The notes: generated from the sequence alone by a model not told the origin. A stretch of 64,000 bases of DNA from Candidatus Dormiibacterota bacterium (GCA_963709585.1 CAVPXI010000007.1:352001-416000), one strand, 5' to 3'; counted from the stretch's first letter, positions 44,811 through 55,639 are shown. Translations and numbers: made by a program.

Positions 44811-46335
44811 TCAGTGGCGGAAGTGGCGCTCCCCGGTGAGCACGACCGCCATGCCCAGCGCGTCGGCGGCTTCGGTGACCTTTAAGTCGTTCTTGCTGCC
44901 GCCCGGGTGGATGACCGAGCGCACCCCCGCCTTGCCCAGGGTCTCGAGGCCGTCCGGCATCGGGAAGAAAGCGTCCGAGGCTGAGACAGCCCCGCCCGCG
45001 CGATCACCGGCCCGGGCCACTGCCAGCTCCGAGGAACTCCACGCGGGACATCTGACCCGCTCCCACGCCCACCGCCATGCCGTCGCGGACGATGACCACC
45101 GCGTTGGACTTGACGTGCCGGCAGACGCGCCACGCGATCAGCAGGTCGCGCCACTCGGCCTCGTCGGGCTGCCGCTCGCTGACCACGGTCATGGTCGAGC
45201 GCTCGATGATCACCCGGTCGCGCGTCTGCACGAGCAGCCCGCCATCGATGCTTCGGACGTCCAGCGGCTCGGCCTGCGACGGCCGATCCACGATAAGCAC
45301 GCGTATCCGCGGCTTGGTGGCGAGATGCGCCGCCGCATCGTCATCCAATCCCGGGCACACCACGGCTTCGAGGAAGGTCTCGGTCAGCGCGGTTGCGGTC
45401 GCCATGTCGATCGCTCGATTGACCCCGACGATGCCGCCGAACGCGGATCGCGGATCGCATTCGTAGGCCCGGCGGTACGCGTCGACGGCGTTCTCGCCGA
45501 CGGCGAAGCCGCACGGGTTGGTGTGCTTGATGATGCCGGCGGCGGGCCCGTCGAACTCGGCGACCAGCGCGCGCGCCGCATCGACATCGAGCCAGTTGGT
45601 GAAGGACAGCGCCGTGCCCTGGAGCTGGCGCGCGTGCGCCGTCCCGCCGGGTGGTCCCGGGATCGCGTAGAGGGCTCCTCGCTGGTGGGGGTTCTCGCCG
45701 TAGCGGAGCTCGTGCAATCGCGACCCGCCGACGGTGAGCTCGGCGGGCAGCCCCTCGGCGGCGGCGCTGCTGCGCAGCCACGCGGCGACCTGCGTGTCGT
45801 ACGCGGCCACGTGAGCGAATGCCTCGGTGGCCAGCCGGTGGCGGGTCGCCCGGGACACTGACTTGTGCTCGCGCAACTCGCTCATGACCGCCCCGTACTG
45901 CGCCGGCGAGACGACCACGGCGACCGAATCACGATTCTTGGCCGCGGCACGGATCATGGATGGCCCGCCGATGTCGATGTTCTCGACAATCGCGTCGTCG
46001 TCCGCACCCCGTGCAAGCGTCTCGGCAAACGGGTAGAGGGACACGACCACCATGTCGATGGGCTCGTAGCGGCTCTCGGCGAGCTGGCGCATATGCTCGG
46101 GATCGTCCCGGCGGGCGAGGATGCCGGCATGGATCGCCGGGTGGAGGGTGCGGACGCGCCCGTCGAGCATCTCCGGGAACCCGGTGACGTCGGCGACCGG
46201 CTGCGCCTCGACGCCGGCTTCGGCGAGCGCCCCGCTGGTGCTGCTGGTCGCGATCAGGTCGTACCCATGCTCGATCAGGCCGCGCGCGAACTCCACAAGG
46301 CCGGTCTTGTCGCTCACGGAGAGCAGCGCCCGCAT
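44811..46335 (-). CDS. purH: Bifunctional AICAR transformylase/IMP cyclohydrolase (apparent +1 indel at 45034-45039)
   Basis: [41 protein letters not shown]; MSRVESSELAV is restored by removing one base. Confidence 0.93.
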
Positions 46336-46337
46336 GC

Positions 46338-46982
46338 TCAGACCGATGCCGGCGCGGGCGCGGGGAGCACCCGCACGCGGTTGCCGTCGCGCCGGAGCCG
46401 GCCCGTGCACCAGAGCGCCACCGCGCGCGGGAGCAGCTCCCACTCGCTCTCGTGAATCCGGCGGCGCAGGGTCGCCGCGTCGTCGTCCATCTCGACCGGC
46501 ACCGCGGTCTGGAGGACGATCGGTCCGCCGTCAGCCTCGCCGCGCTCGAGCAGTTGCACCGTGCAGCCGGTCACGCGCACGCCCCGGGCGAGAGCCCGCT
46601 CGACGGCGTCCATCCCGCCGGCGAAGGCGGGTAGCAACGAGGGGTGCACGTTGAGGATGGCGTCGGGGTAGGCGTCGAGGAACTCGTCGCTGAGGATGCG
46701 GTCGTAGCCGGCACATACGACCAATCGCACCCCGGCGGCCTGGAACCGCCTGTGGATCTCGCGGTCCCTGGCGGTGGCGTCGCCGGCGAAGTCCGACTGG
46801 GGCAGTGCGATCGCGGGCACACCCCAGCCGAGGGCGACGTCGAGCGCATGAGCGCTGCGCCGGTTCGAGACCACGAGTGCCACGCGCGCGGGAAAGTCGG
46901 GATCCCTGCACGCCTGGAGGAGAGCGTCGAGGTTGGTTCCCTTTCCAGACACCAGCACCCCGACGGGGGTACGTTCGCTCAC
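46338..46982 (-). CDS. purN: Phosphoribosylglycinamide formyltransferase
   Basis: VLVSGKGTNL, LNVHPSLLPAF, TGCTV, DGGPI. Confidence 0.92.
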   Translation of the reverse strand: MSERTPVGVLVSGKGTNLDALLQACRDPDFPARVALVVSNRRSAHALDVALGWGVPAIALPQSDFAGDATARDREIHRRFQAAGVRLVVCAGYDRILSDEFLDAYPDAILNVHPSLLPAFAGGMDAVERALARGVRVTGCTVQLLERGEADGGPIVLQTAVPVEMDDDAATLRRRIHESEWELLPRAVALWCTGRLRRDGNRVRVLPAPAPASV

Positions 46983-48001
46983 CGGAGGTTGACCCGCCGC
47001 GTGCCTGACTGGGGGACCACCTCGCCGATGCGCCAGACGGGAATGCCGGCGGCGGAGGCGATCGGGGGAACGTCGGGGGGAACGATCACCACCATGCCGA
47101 CACCCATGTTGAAGGTGCGCCACATCTCCTCGAGGTGGACGCCACCTGCCTGCTGGATGGCGGTGAAGAGCGGCGGAATGTTCCACGTGGAACGTTCGAT
47201 GGTCGCCGCGAGGCCGTCGGGGAGCACCCGGGGCACGTTGTCGATCACGCCACCCCCGGTGATGTGCGCCATCGCGCGCACATCGGTGAGCGTGCGCAGC
47301 TCGCGGATCGCCTGGAGGTAGCAGCGATGCGGCTCGAGCAGGAGGTCGACCAGCGGTCGGTCGGTGCCCGGGAGGACGTCGGACCATTGGAGCTCGTGCT
47401 CGGCGACGATGTGACGCACCAGCGAATACCCGTTGGTGTGCAGCCCGCTGCTCGGCAGCGCGAGGAGCACGTCACCGGCCTGGACGCGACTCCCGTCGAT
47501 GATCGCCTGGGCCTCGACGGAGCCGACGATGAAGCCCGCGATGTCGTAGTCACCGAGGGCGTACACGCCCGGCATCTCGGCCGTCTCGCCGCCGATGAGC
47601 GCGCACCCTGCGGCCCGGCAGGCCTCGGCGATCCCCTCGATGAGCTCCGCCAGATGCTCGGGCACGAGCTTGCCGGTGGCGTAGTAGTCGAGAAAGAAGA
47701 GCGGTTCGGCGCCGCAGCAGAGGATGTCGTTGACGCAGTGGTTGACGAGGTCGACGCCGATGCCGCGGTGGCGCCCGGTGGCGATCGCGATCTTCACCTT
47801 GGTGCCAACCGAGTCGGTGCTCGAGGCCAGCACGCGTCCATTGGGCGCTCCCGGCTCGAGGGCGAACAGCCCGCTGAACGCGCCGATCCCGCCAAGGACC
47901 TGCGCGGTGTGGGTCGACGCGATGCTGCGCCGGATCAGGCTGACGGCGCGGTTGCCCTCATCAATGTCGACGCCGGCGTCCGCGTAGCGAAGATCACCCA
48001 T
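46979..48001 (-). CDS. purM: Phosphoribosylformylglycinamidine cyclo-ligase
   Basis: YADAGVDI, DSVGTK, GGETAEMPG, HITGGG, TFNMGVG. Confidence 0.95.
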   Translation of the reverse strand: MGDLRYADAGVDIDEGNRAVSLIRRSIASTHTAQVLGGIGAFSGLFALEPGAPNGRVLASSTDSVGTKVKIAIATGRHRGIGVDLVNHCVNDILCCGAEPLFFLDYYATGKLVPEHLAELIEGIAEACRAAGCALIGGETAEMPGVYALGDYDIAGFIVGSVEAQAIIDGSRVQAGDVLLALPSSGLHTNGYSLVRHIVAEHELQWSDVLPGTDRPLVDLLLEPHRCYLQAIRELRTLTDVRAMAHITGGGVIDNVPRVLPDGLAATIERSTWNIPPLFTAIQQAGGVHLEEMWRTFNMGVGMVVIVPPDVPPIASAAGIPVWRIGEVVPQSGTRRVNLR

Positions 48002-48120
48002 CTGCTGAGAGTGTATCGACGGTCTCACAGGGGACGCGGAATGGCGACGAACATCGCAGGTCGCCGCAGCGGTGTCACCATGTAAGGGAACACGGCCAAG
48101 TCCAGGAATCCAACCATCTC

Positions 48121-49899
48121 GTGAACCCAACCGACACCTCGGACCCGAATTATTTCCATCGGGTCGTGGACTGCCAGTGGGCGTGCCCGGCCCACACCAA
48201 CGTCCCCGAGTACATCCGTCTGATCGCCCAGGGGCGCTACACCGACTCATACATGTCCAACCGCGAGTCCAACGTGTTTCCGGGGATCCTCGGGCGTACC
48301 TGCGACCGGCCCTGCGAGCCCGCGTGCCGGCGCACCAGGATCGACGGGTCCCCGGTGGCGATCTGCCGTCTCAAGCGCGTCGCCTCCGACCTCCGCGGGG
48401 ACATCGCCGATCGCCTCCCGGTGATCCCGACCATCAAGAGCGGGAGGCGCGTCGTCTGCGTCGGCGCCGGGCCGGCATCGCTCACCGTGGCCAACGACCT
48501 CATGCCGCTCGGCTACGACGTGGTCATCCTCGAGCAGCAACCCCAGCCCGGCGGCCTGATGCGCACCAACATCCCCGCGTTCCGGCTCCCGGCGGAGATC
48601 CTCGACGAGGAGATCGCGACCATCGTCGACATGGGCGTCGACCTCCGCTTGAACACCCCGGTGTCGAGCCTTCGCTCGCTGCTCGAGCAGGACTTCGATG
48701 CCGTCTTCATCGGCACCGGCGCGCCCCGTGGCAAGAACCTCGACATTCCCGGACGGCGCGAGAGCGACCGGATCCATATCGGCATCGACTGGCTGGAATC
48801 GGTCGCGTTCGGGCACACCGAGAAGATCGGCGAGCGCGTACTGATCATCGGCGTCGGCAACACGGCGATGGACTGCTGCCGCTCGTCGCTGCGCCTCGGT
48901 GGCACCGACATCAAGGTGATGGCCCGCCGCCCGCGCTCGTTCTTCAAAGCATCATCGTGGGAGCTCGAGGACGCCGAGGAGGAGGGTGTGGAGATCCTCG
49001 TCAACCATTCGCCGACGCGATTCGTCATCGAGGACGGCCTGCTCGTCGGGATGGAGTTTCAGCGCCTCGAATGGGACGAGCAGGCGCGCCACTCAACGGT
49101 GATCGATACCGTGGTGATCCCATGCGACGACGTCATCCTCGCGATCGGCCAGGAGAACGCGTTCCCCTGGATGGAGCGCGATCTCGGCCTCGAGGTCGGC
49201 GACTGGGACATGCCCGTGGTCGACCCGATCACCTTCCAGTCGTCGCTGCCGGGGGTCTTCTTCGGCGGGGACTCGGCGATGGGGCCGAAGAACATCATCT
49301 GGGCGGTCGAGCACGGTCACCAGGCAGCGATCTCGATGCACAACCACTGCGAAGGCATCTCGGTCAGCTCGCGGCCGCCCCAGGGCGTCAACCTGGTCAG
49401 CCAGAAGATGGGGCTCGCCGAGTGGAGCTACCACAACGACTACAACCCCTCGACGCGCCAGCGGATGCAGCACGTCGAGCTGACCCGACGGTTCCAGAGC
49501 ATCGGCACCGAGGTGGAGGTTGGGTTCTCCGCCGAGCAGACGGCGCGCGAGGTGCAGCGCTGTCTCAACTGCGACATTCAGACCGTATTCGCGGCACCGC
49601 TCTGCATCGAGTGCGACGCGTGCATCGACATCTGCCCGGTGCAGTGCCTGACCATCACCGAGAACGGTGACGAGGCCGATCTGCGCACCAGATTGATGGC
49701 GCCCGCCAGGAACCTCGACCAGGCCCTGTATGTCTCCGCGGCGCTGCCTCAGACCGGGCGCGTGATGGTCAAGGACGAGGATCTCTGCGTCCACTGCGGC
49801 CTCTGCGCCGAGCGGTGCCCGACCGCCGCGTGGGACATGCAGAAATTCGAGCTACTGATCCCGCTCGCGGTCTCAACACCTGTGCCGGTGGCGACCTGA
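48121..49899 (+). CDS. GltD/SudA-like FAD-dependent oxidoreductase with 4Fe-4S dicluster domains
   Basis: CQWACPAH, CDRPCEPAC, GAGPAS, GVGNTAMD, CIECDAC, CVHCGLC. Confidence 0.88.
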   Translation: MNPTDTSDPNYFHRVVDCQWACPAHTNVPEYIRLIAQGRYTDSYMSNRESNVFPGILGRTCDRPCEPACRRTRIDGSPVAICRLKRVASDLRGDIADRLPVIPTIKSGRRVVCVGAGPASLTVANDLMPLGYDVVILEQQPQPGGLMRTNIPAFRLPAEILDEEIATIVDMGVDLRLNTPVSSLRSLLEQDFDAVFIGTGAPRGKNLDIPGRRESDRIHIGIDWLESVAFGHTEKIGERVLIIGVGNTAMDCCRSSLRLGGTDIKVMARRPRSFFKASSWELEDAEEEGVEILVNHSPTRFVIEDGLLVGMEFQRLEWDEQARHSTVIDTVVIPCDDVILAIGQENAFPWMERDLGLEVGDWDMPVVDPITFQSSLPGVFFGGDSAMGPKNIIWAVEHGHQAAISMHNHCEGISVSSRPPQGVNLVSQKMGLAEWSYHNDYNPSTRQRMQHVELTRRFQSIGTEVEVGFSAEQTAREVQRCLNCDIQTVFAAPLCIECDACIDICPVQCLTITENGDEADLRTRLMAPARNLDQALYVSAALPQTGRVMVKDEDLCVHCGLCAERCPTAAWDMQKFELLIPLAVSTPVPVAT

Positions 49900-49900
49900 C

Positions 49901-51719
49901 ATGGCAGCTGAGCGTTTCGCGCCGCCCCGTTCCAGGGTGAACGACTTCGCGTTGAAGCTCGCCAACGTCAACGGCACCGGGTCGTCGAGCGCCAACAACC
50001 TGCTGATGCGCGCGATCTTCCGGATGGGCGTGCCCGTCTCGGGCAAGAACCTGTTCCCGTCCAACATCCAGGGCCTGCCGACATGGTACGAGATCCGCGT
50101 CAACAAGGACGGGCACGTCGCCCGCGCCCGCGAGTACGACCTCATGGTGGCGATGAACGGGCAGACCTACGCACGCGACATCGCCGAGGTGGCAAGCGGC
50201 GGTTTCACGATGTACGACTCGTCGTGGCCGCTCGACCGTGACCTCATCCGCGAGGACGTGACCTACCTCGGGGTGCCGCTCGCGGAGATGTGCAACGACG
50301 AGTTCCGCGGACCACGCGAGCGCATCCTGATGAAGAACATCGCCTGCGCCGGGGCGCTCGTGGCCATGCTCGGCATCGATATGGAGGTGATCGCGCAACT
50401 GCTCACCGAGCAGTTCGCCGGTAAGGACCGGCTGCGCGAGTCCAATCAGCGCGCGCTCCGGCTCGGCCACGATTTCGCGACATCGCACTTCGACCACCCG
50501 CTGCCATGCCACATCGAGGCGATGGACGCGACCGAGGGCTCGATCCTCATCGACGGCAACACCGCGGCGGCGCTCGGCTGCGTCTACGCGGGCGCCACGG
50601 TCGCGGCCTGGTACCCGATCACGCCGTCGACGTCGCTCATGGACGCATTTGCGAAGTACTGCGCCAAGTTCCGGCGCGACCCCGAGACCGGGCGCAACAA
50701 CTACCTGGTACTGCAGGCCGAGGACGAGCTGGCCGCGATCGGCATGGTGCTTGGCGCATCGTGGGCGGGAGCGCGCGCGTTCACGTCGACGTCGGGCCCG
50801 GGCATCTCGTTGATGCAGGAGCTGCTCGGCATGGGCTATTACGCGGAGATTCCGGCGGTGGTGTTCGACGTCCAGCGGGTCGGCCCGTCGACGGGGATGC
50901 CCACTCGCGTGCAGCAGTCGGACATTCTGGCCTGCGCGTATGCGTCGCACGGCGACACCAAGCACGTGCTCCTGTTCCCGGCACATCCGGCCGAGTGCTT
51001 CGCGATGGCGGCGAATGCCTTCGACCTCGCGGAGCGTTTCCAGACTCCGGTGTTCGTGCTCTCCGACCTCGACATCGGCATGAACGACTGGGTGAGCCCC
51101 GCGCTGGAGTGGGACGACTCCTACGTTCCCGATCGCGGCCGCGTCCTCGATGCGGGCGAGCTGCGCGAGCTCGAGGTGTATCACCGCTACGAGCCGGCCG
51201 ACGCCGAGTTCGGTTGCGGCGCGCACGCTCCCGGGCGTGAGCGAGCTGGGTGCGTTTTTCACGCGCGGGTCGGGCCACACCATCGAGGGCGCGTACACCG
51301 AGTATCCCGAGGAGTACCAGGCGGTTCTCGACCGTCTCGCGCGCAAGCACACCGCATCCGCGGAGCACATTCCCCTTCCACTCGTGGACGACCACGCCCA
51401 CGCGTCACTCGGCATCGTCACCCTTGGCAGCTGTGAGCTGGCGGTCCTGGAGGCGGTCGAACTGCTCGCCAAACGCGAGATCGCCGCCGACTACATGCGC
51501 GTCCGCGGCTTCCCCTTCGGCGCCGGGGTGCGCGCCTTCCTCGACGCCCACGAGACGATCGTGGTCGTCGAGCAGAACCGTGACGGCCAGTTGCGCACGC
51601 TGCTCACCCTCGAGACGCCGGTGTCGAAGGAGAAGCTGCGCTCCGTGCTCGCCTACGGCGGGTATCCGTTGAGTGCCGAGGACGTCGTCGACGGCGTCAC
51701 CAAGATCCTGGAGGCCTGA
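49901..51719 (+). CDS. korA: 2-oxoacid:acceptor oxidoreductase alpha subunit (apparent +1 indel at 51206-51211)
   Basis: NVNGTGS, WYPITPST, EDELAA, TSGPG, FTRGSGH, VEQN; the two ORFs join if one T is removed. Confidence 0.9.
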
Positions 51720-51721
51720 CC

Positions 51722-52771
51722 GTGCCATCGATCGTCAAGCCGCAGGTGACACACCCGGGCCTCGAGCGCAATGCGCTGGGGCTGAGCATCCGCGACTACG
51801 AAGGCGGGATGTCGACGCTGTGCGCGGGATGCGGACACGACTCGGTCACCGCGGCGATCACCCACGCGTTGTGGGAGAGCGATACGCCGCCACACATGAT
51901 CGCCAAGCTGAGCGGCATCGGCTGCTCGGCGAAGACCGCCGCGTACTTCGCGCGTGGCGCGCACGGGTTCAACGGCTGTCACGGACGCATGCCACCGATC
52001 GCAACCGGAGCGAGCGCCGCGAACCGCGACCTGCTCTGCATCGGAATCTCCGGTGACGGTGATTCACTGTCGATCGGGCTCGGCCACCTCGCGCACCTCG
52101 TGCGGCGCAACGTGCGCATGGTCTACGTCATCGAGAACAACGGCGTGTACGGGCTCACCAAGGGCCAGTTCTCGGCGTCGGCGGATGTTGGCTCGACCAC
52201 CAAGCGCGGCGAGGCCAATCACCTCCAGCCGATCGATCCGATCTTTCTCGGGCTGTCGGTGGGCGCGACCTTCCTCGCGCGCGGCTTCTCCGGCGACAAG
52301 CGTCAGTTGGTCCCGATCTTCCGCGCAGCGATGGCACATCGGGGGCTGTCGATCATCGACGTGATCTCGCCGTGCGTCACCTTCAACGACCACGAAGGTT
52401 CAACCAAGAGCTATCTCTTCACACGCCAGCACGACGTGCAGATGACGGTGACCGACTTCGTGCCACCCGCAGAGGAAATCTCCGCGACCATTCCCGACCA
52501 GGGCGTCGTGAGCATCCCGATGCACGACGGAGCAACGCTGCGCTTCCGGAGCGTTCCGGACGGCTACGACCCGACGGACCGGATGGCGGTGATGGAGCAC
52601 CTGATGTCGGCGCGTGGCCGTGGCGAAATTGTGACCGGTCTTCTGTACATCGACGAGCAGTCGTCGGACCTGCACGAGCTTGGCAACACCACAGATCTGC
52701 CGCTCACGCAGGTGCCGTACGAGAAGCTCTGCCCGGGCTCGGCGGCCTTGGCGGGCGTGGGTTTCCGCTAG
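51722..52771 (+). CDS. korB: 2-oxoacid:acceptor oxidoreductase beta subunit
   Basis: LCAGCGH, SGIGCS, SGDGDS, NNGVYGLTKGQ, SPCVTFN. Confidence 0.93.
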   Translation: MPSIVKPQVTHPGLERNALGLSIRDYEGGMSTLCAGCGHDSVTAAITHALWESDTPPHMIAKLSGIGCSAKTAAYFARGAHGFNGCHGRMPPIATGASAANRDLLCIGISGDGDSLSIGLGHLAHLVRRNVRMVYVIENNGVYGLTKGQFSASADVGSTTKRGEANHLQPIDPIFLGLSVGATFLARGFSGDKRQLVPIFRAAMAHRGLSIIDVISPCVTFNDHEGSTKSYLFTRQHDVQMTVTDFVPPAEEISATIPDQGVVSIPMHDGATLRFRSVPDGYDPTDRMAVMEHLMSARGRGEIVTGLLYIDEQSSDLHELGNTTDLPLTQVPYEKLCPGSAALAGVGFR

Positions 52772-52820
52772 CCCGTTGATGGGCGATCCCACGTGGCCAT
52801 TTCATCCTTGAGGTTGATGG

Positions 52821-52843
52821 CCGAGCGACAGGACGCTGGCCTG
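52821..52843 (+). repeat. Degenerate copy of the 28-bp site (spacer collapsed)
   Basis: CCGAGCGACA-GG-ACGCTGGCCTG; the right arm is identical to the copies at 55640 and 57760. Confidence 0.5.
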
Positions 52844-53068
52844 TGCCGGACCAACCTCACTGGCTCCTGGCAGCATATCGTCCCAACGACATCTGAGCAC
52901 TTCGTGCAAGTCGTCGTTCGTCAGGTTTACGAGGCGGCCCGGTGAAGTGCTGAGGGCTTGATGTCTCCAGAGAGCATCCTGCGGCGAGGCAGCGTCTGAT
53001 ACTGTCGCGGGCGCCGATCGGAGATCGTCCGCACGGCCCTGCACGTCGCAACCACGCGGGAGCACCAC

Positions 53069-53674
53069 ATGCCAGACACCACTTGTCACATGTCGATCTC
53101 GCTTGACGGCTTCGTCGCCGGGCCAGACCAGAGCTTGGACAACCCGCTGGGGAAGCGGGGCCAGGAGTTGCACGGTTGGCACATCGGCGACCCGCGGGCG
53201 ACTGAGGCCGACAGGGTCGCGACCGAGTGGCTCATGCGCCCCCGTGGCGCGTATGTGATGGGGCGGAACATGTTCGGCCCGATCCGCGGGGACTGGGACG
53301 AGGAATGGACCGGCTGGTGGGGTCCGGAACCGCCGTATCACGCGCCGGTGTTCGTGCTGACCCATCACGATCGCGAGCCCATCCGGATGGACGGGGGGAC
53401 CACCTTCCACTTTGTCACCGAAGGGTTCGACGCGGCCTATTCCGCGGCATGTGAGACCGCCGGGGAAGCCGGCGTGGACATCGCTGGCGGGGCTTCGACC
53501 GTCCGGCAGGCGCTAGTAGCTGGGGTGATCGACGAGTTGACCCTCGACATCGCGCCTGTTCTGCTCGGTTCGGGCGAGCGCATCTTCGACGGGATCGAGT
53601 ATTTCGGCTTCGAGCCTGCCGAGGTCTTGCACTCGCCGCTGACCACCCACATCCGCTACCGCCGCATCCACTGA
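53069..53674 (+). CDS. Dihydrofolate reductase-like (RibD C-terminal) family protein
   Basis: MSISLDGFVAGP, MGRNMF, AGGASTVRQ, PVLLGSGERIF. Confidence 0.88.
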   Translation: MPDTTCHMSISLDGFVAGPDQSLDNPLGKRGQELHGWHIGDPRATEADRVATEWLMRPRGAYVMGRNMFGPIRGDWDEEWTGWWGPEPPYHAPVFVLTHHDREPIRMDGGTTFHFVTEGFDAAYSAACETAGEAGVDIAGGASTVRQALVAGVIDELTLDIAPVLLGSGERIFDGIEYFGFEPAEVLHSPLTTHIRYRRIH

Positions 53675-53809
53675 CATGCGGCCGCGCTCCCTAACTCAGC
53701 AGCGCGATCAGTTGCCCGATTGATGGCGATCGTAAACCTACGCCGGCTAGAGCCGCAACGCATCCGCCCCTTCCGTCTGAAGTACCGTGACCTCGGCCCG
53801 TCCAAGCCG

Positions 53810-53837
53810 TCACGAGACATTGACGGATACTCGCCTG
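53810..53837 (+). repeat. 28-bp site, copy 1
   Basis: TCACGAGACAT-TGACGG-ATACTCGCCTG. Confidence 0.8.
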
Positions 53838-53931
53838 TGCAGGGAATGCCTTGCTTAGGTGGGTTGCCGGCCAGCCAGGACACGCCACCCCCGCGTGCGC
53901 TGCGCCTGTATCGGTTACCGTGTCGAGTGCG

Positions 53932-54663
53932 ATGCGCGCGGCGCTGATCGACGTTGGGGGGACCCTCTGGTCAGAGGGCACGGGCGGCGTCCAGCCCAGG
54001 GGCCACCACAGCGGCAGCAACCCCGTGGAGCGTCACGGCGTCGAATGGGAAGCCCGACTGTCGCAAGCTGATGTTCCCACGGACCGCGTCAGCGTCCTCC
54101 GTGAGAACCTTAGCCCCCTGGTCCAAATGGCGGTGGAGAACGCCGAGTACTTTGACATCTGGGCGGCGATCAGGGAGGCTTCCGCGATTGCCGGGCTGGC
54201 CAACATTGATGCTGAACGCATTCGCGCCGCCAGCTGCCTCCCAGCCTCCAGCTTCACAGCACCCTTCGTTGGAGCTCTCGATCTACTGACCGCACTACAT
54301 CACCATGACATCCGAGTCGTGCTCATATGCAATGCAATCTGGCGCACGAGCGACGACTACTGGAGCGACTTTCGGTCGTTCCGCCTGAGTGATCAGATCG
54401 ACGCCATCCTGTCGTCTGTCGACCTCAGGTCGCGAAAGCCCAGCCGAGCCTTCTTCGAGGCGGCACTTCAAGAAGCGGCGGCGCCGCCCATGGACTGTGT
54501 GGTCATTGCGAATTCCGAAGTCAGCGACATTGAGCCAGCCAAGGCGCTCGGGATGCGCGCCATTCGCGTTGCGATCGACGAGCCGCCGCCCCCAGCAACC
54601 AACGCCGACTACGTCTGTACGTCGCTCACCGAGGTAGAAACTGTCCTACATAAAGCCTGCTGA
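53932..54663 (+). CDS. HAD-family hydrolase
   Basis: LIDVGGTL, RKPSRAFF, ANSEVSDIEPAKALGM. Confidence 0.75.
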   Translation: MRAALIDVGGTLWSEGTGGVQPRGHHSGSNPVERHGVEWEARLSQADVPTDRVSVLRENLSPLVQMAVENAEYFDIWAAIREASAIAGLANIDAERIRAASCLPASSFTAPFVGALDLLTALHHHDIRVVLICNAIWRTSDDYWSDFRSFRLSDQIDAILSSVDLRSRKPSRAFFEAALQEAAAPPMDCVVIANSEVSDIEPAKALGMRAIRVAIDEPPPPATNADYVCTSLTEVETVLHKAC

Positions 54664-54698
54664 CGGCCGCTGCCGAGGACCTTGTTCACTGCGTGCTT

Positions 54699-54726
54699 TC
54701 TGGGTACATTCTCCGCTCTCGGCTCG
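54699..54726 (+). repeat. Possible degenerate copy of the 28-bp site
   Basis: TCTGGGTACAT-TCTCCG-CTCTCGGCTCG; good left arm, poor right arm; lies just after the HAD stop. Confidence 0.4.
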
Positions 54727-54900
54727 AACGCGCCAGAGCGTACGGCGGGAGCGTCCAGAAGCTCGCAGGGACCCCACACGAATCGATTTCCAGCCGCCGA
54801 AGCGGGTCGGTCGATAGATCGCCCGTCCTCGAAGGCCTCAGCCTGGATAGACGCTCTGTTTTTCGCCAGCGTAAGTCATGACTGAGGACGAGGAAACCGA

Positions 54901-54972
54901 GGCGCTACCATCGCAGCTGGCGTCAGCGATCACGTCGTCTGGAAGATCGACGAGATCGTCACCCTCCGGGAC
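54901..54972 (+). pseudogene. Remnant of an IS1-family-like transposase C-terminus
   Basis: Translates GATIAAGVSDHVVWKIDEIVTLRD, resembling from memory the TPAMAAGxxDHVWxxxEI terminal motif. Confidence 0.45.
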
Positions 54973-54998
54973 TTCGCACCCTCGCTAACCTGGGAGCC

Positions 54999-55136
54999 GT
55001 GGACGACCGAGGAATCCGAGCTGCAAGACGGCGCGTCATCGTCCTCACTGTGGTCGCTGCTGTCCTGGGTCTCCCGCTCGTTTGGCTGCTGCTGGGCCTG
55101 TTTCACGGCATTGATTTCGGTTCGGCTGGCTTCTAG
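54999..55136 (+). CDS. 45-aa single-TM microprotein
   Basis: GGGAG RBS-like sequence; MDDRGIRAARRRVIVLTVVAAVLGLPLVWLLLGLFHGIDFGSAGF. Confidence 0.5.
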   Translation: MDDRGIRAARRRVIVLTVVAAVLGLPLVWLLLGLFHGIDFGSAGF

Positions 55137-55139
55137 CGC

Positions 55140-55277
55140 ATGAAGATCGGATCGCGCCGCGGTTGGGTGGTCGCGTTCGCCGTCGTCCTGGCGGGTATCG
55201 CCGCGGTCTATGTTGCGATGGACCTCGTGCTTACGGCGATCTCATGCGCTAGCGCCTCTGCGTGCGGCGGCGGATAG
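55140..55277 (+). CDS. 45-aa single-TM microprotein
   Basis: MKIGSRRGWVVAFAVVLAGIAAVYVAMDLVLTAISCASASACGGG; starts 3 bp after the previous stop. Confidence 0.5.
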   Translation: MKIGSRRGWVVAFAVVLAGIAAVYVAMDLVLTAISCASASACGGG

Positions 55278-55639
55278 CCCCAAACGGCCACAGCACGGTC
55301 CGCCCCGGGTCGAGCAGAAGGAAGGAACGAGGGACAGACCGGAGCCTCATTCGGTCCGCCCTCACACATTGGAGCAGAGGAGTTGAGGAACACGAGCCGT
55401 GCTCAAGGCGGCGGCTCGCGTCCTCGCTCACGGAGGGGCTACGCCGCGTACTGGAATGAACCCGGCCGAATCTTGGCGAGCCAGTGGTTTGTCGCGATGT
55501 GGGTGCGACCTTCGAGAACGTGCACCGTCTTGTGGGTGTCCGGGTCCACGGCATCGAAGGTCTCGCGAGCGACGACGAGACCTCGGCCCCGATAGCCGTT
55601 GTGCGCGGTGGCGACCGTGTTGATTAGACGGCCCGGCGC

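Noticed and set aside
36334-51719. glgE, glgB, purH and korA as pseudogenes or programmed frameshifts
   Set aside because: Each has a single +1 base at the same motif, no slippery sequence and no other decay; sequencing artefact is more parsimonious.
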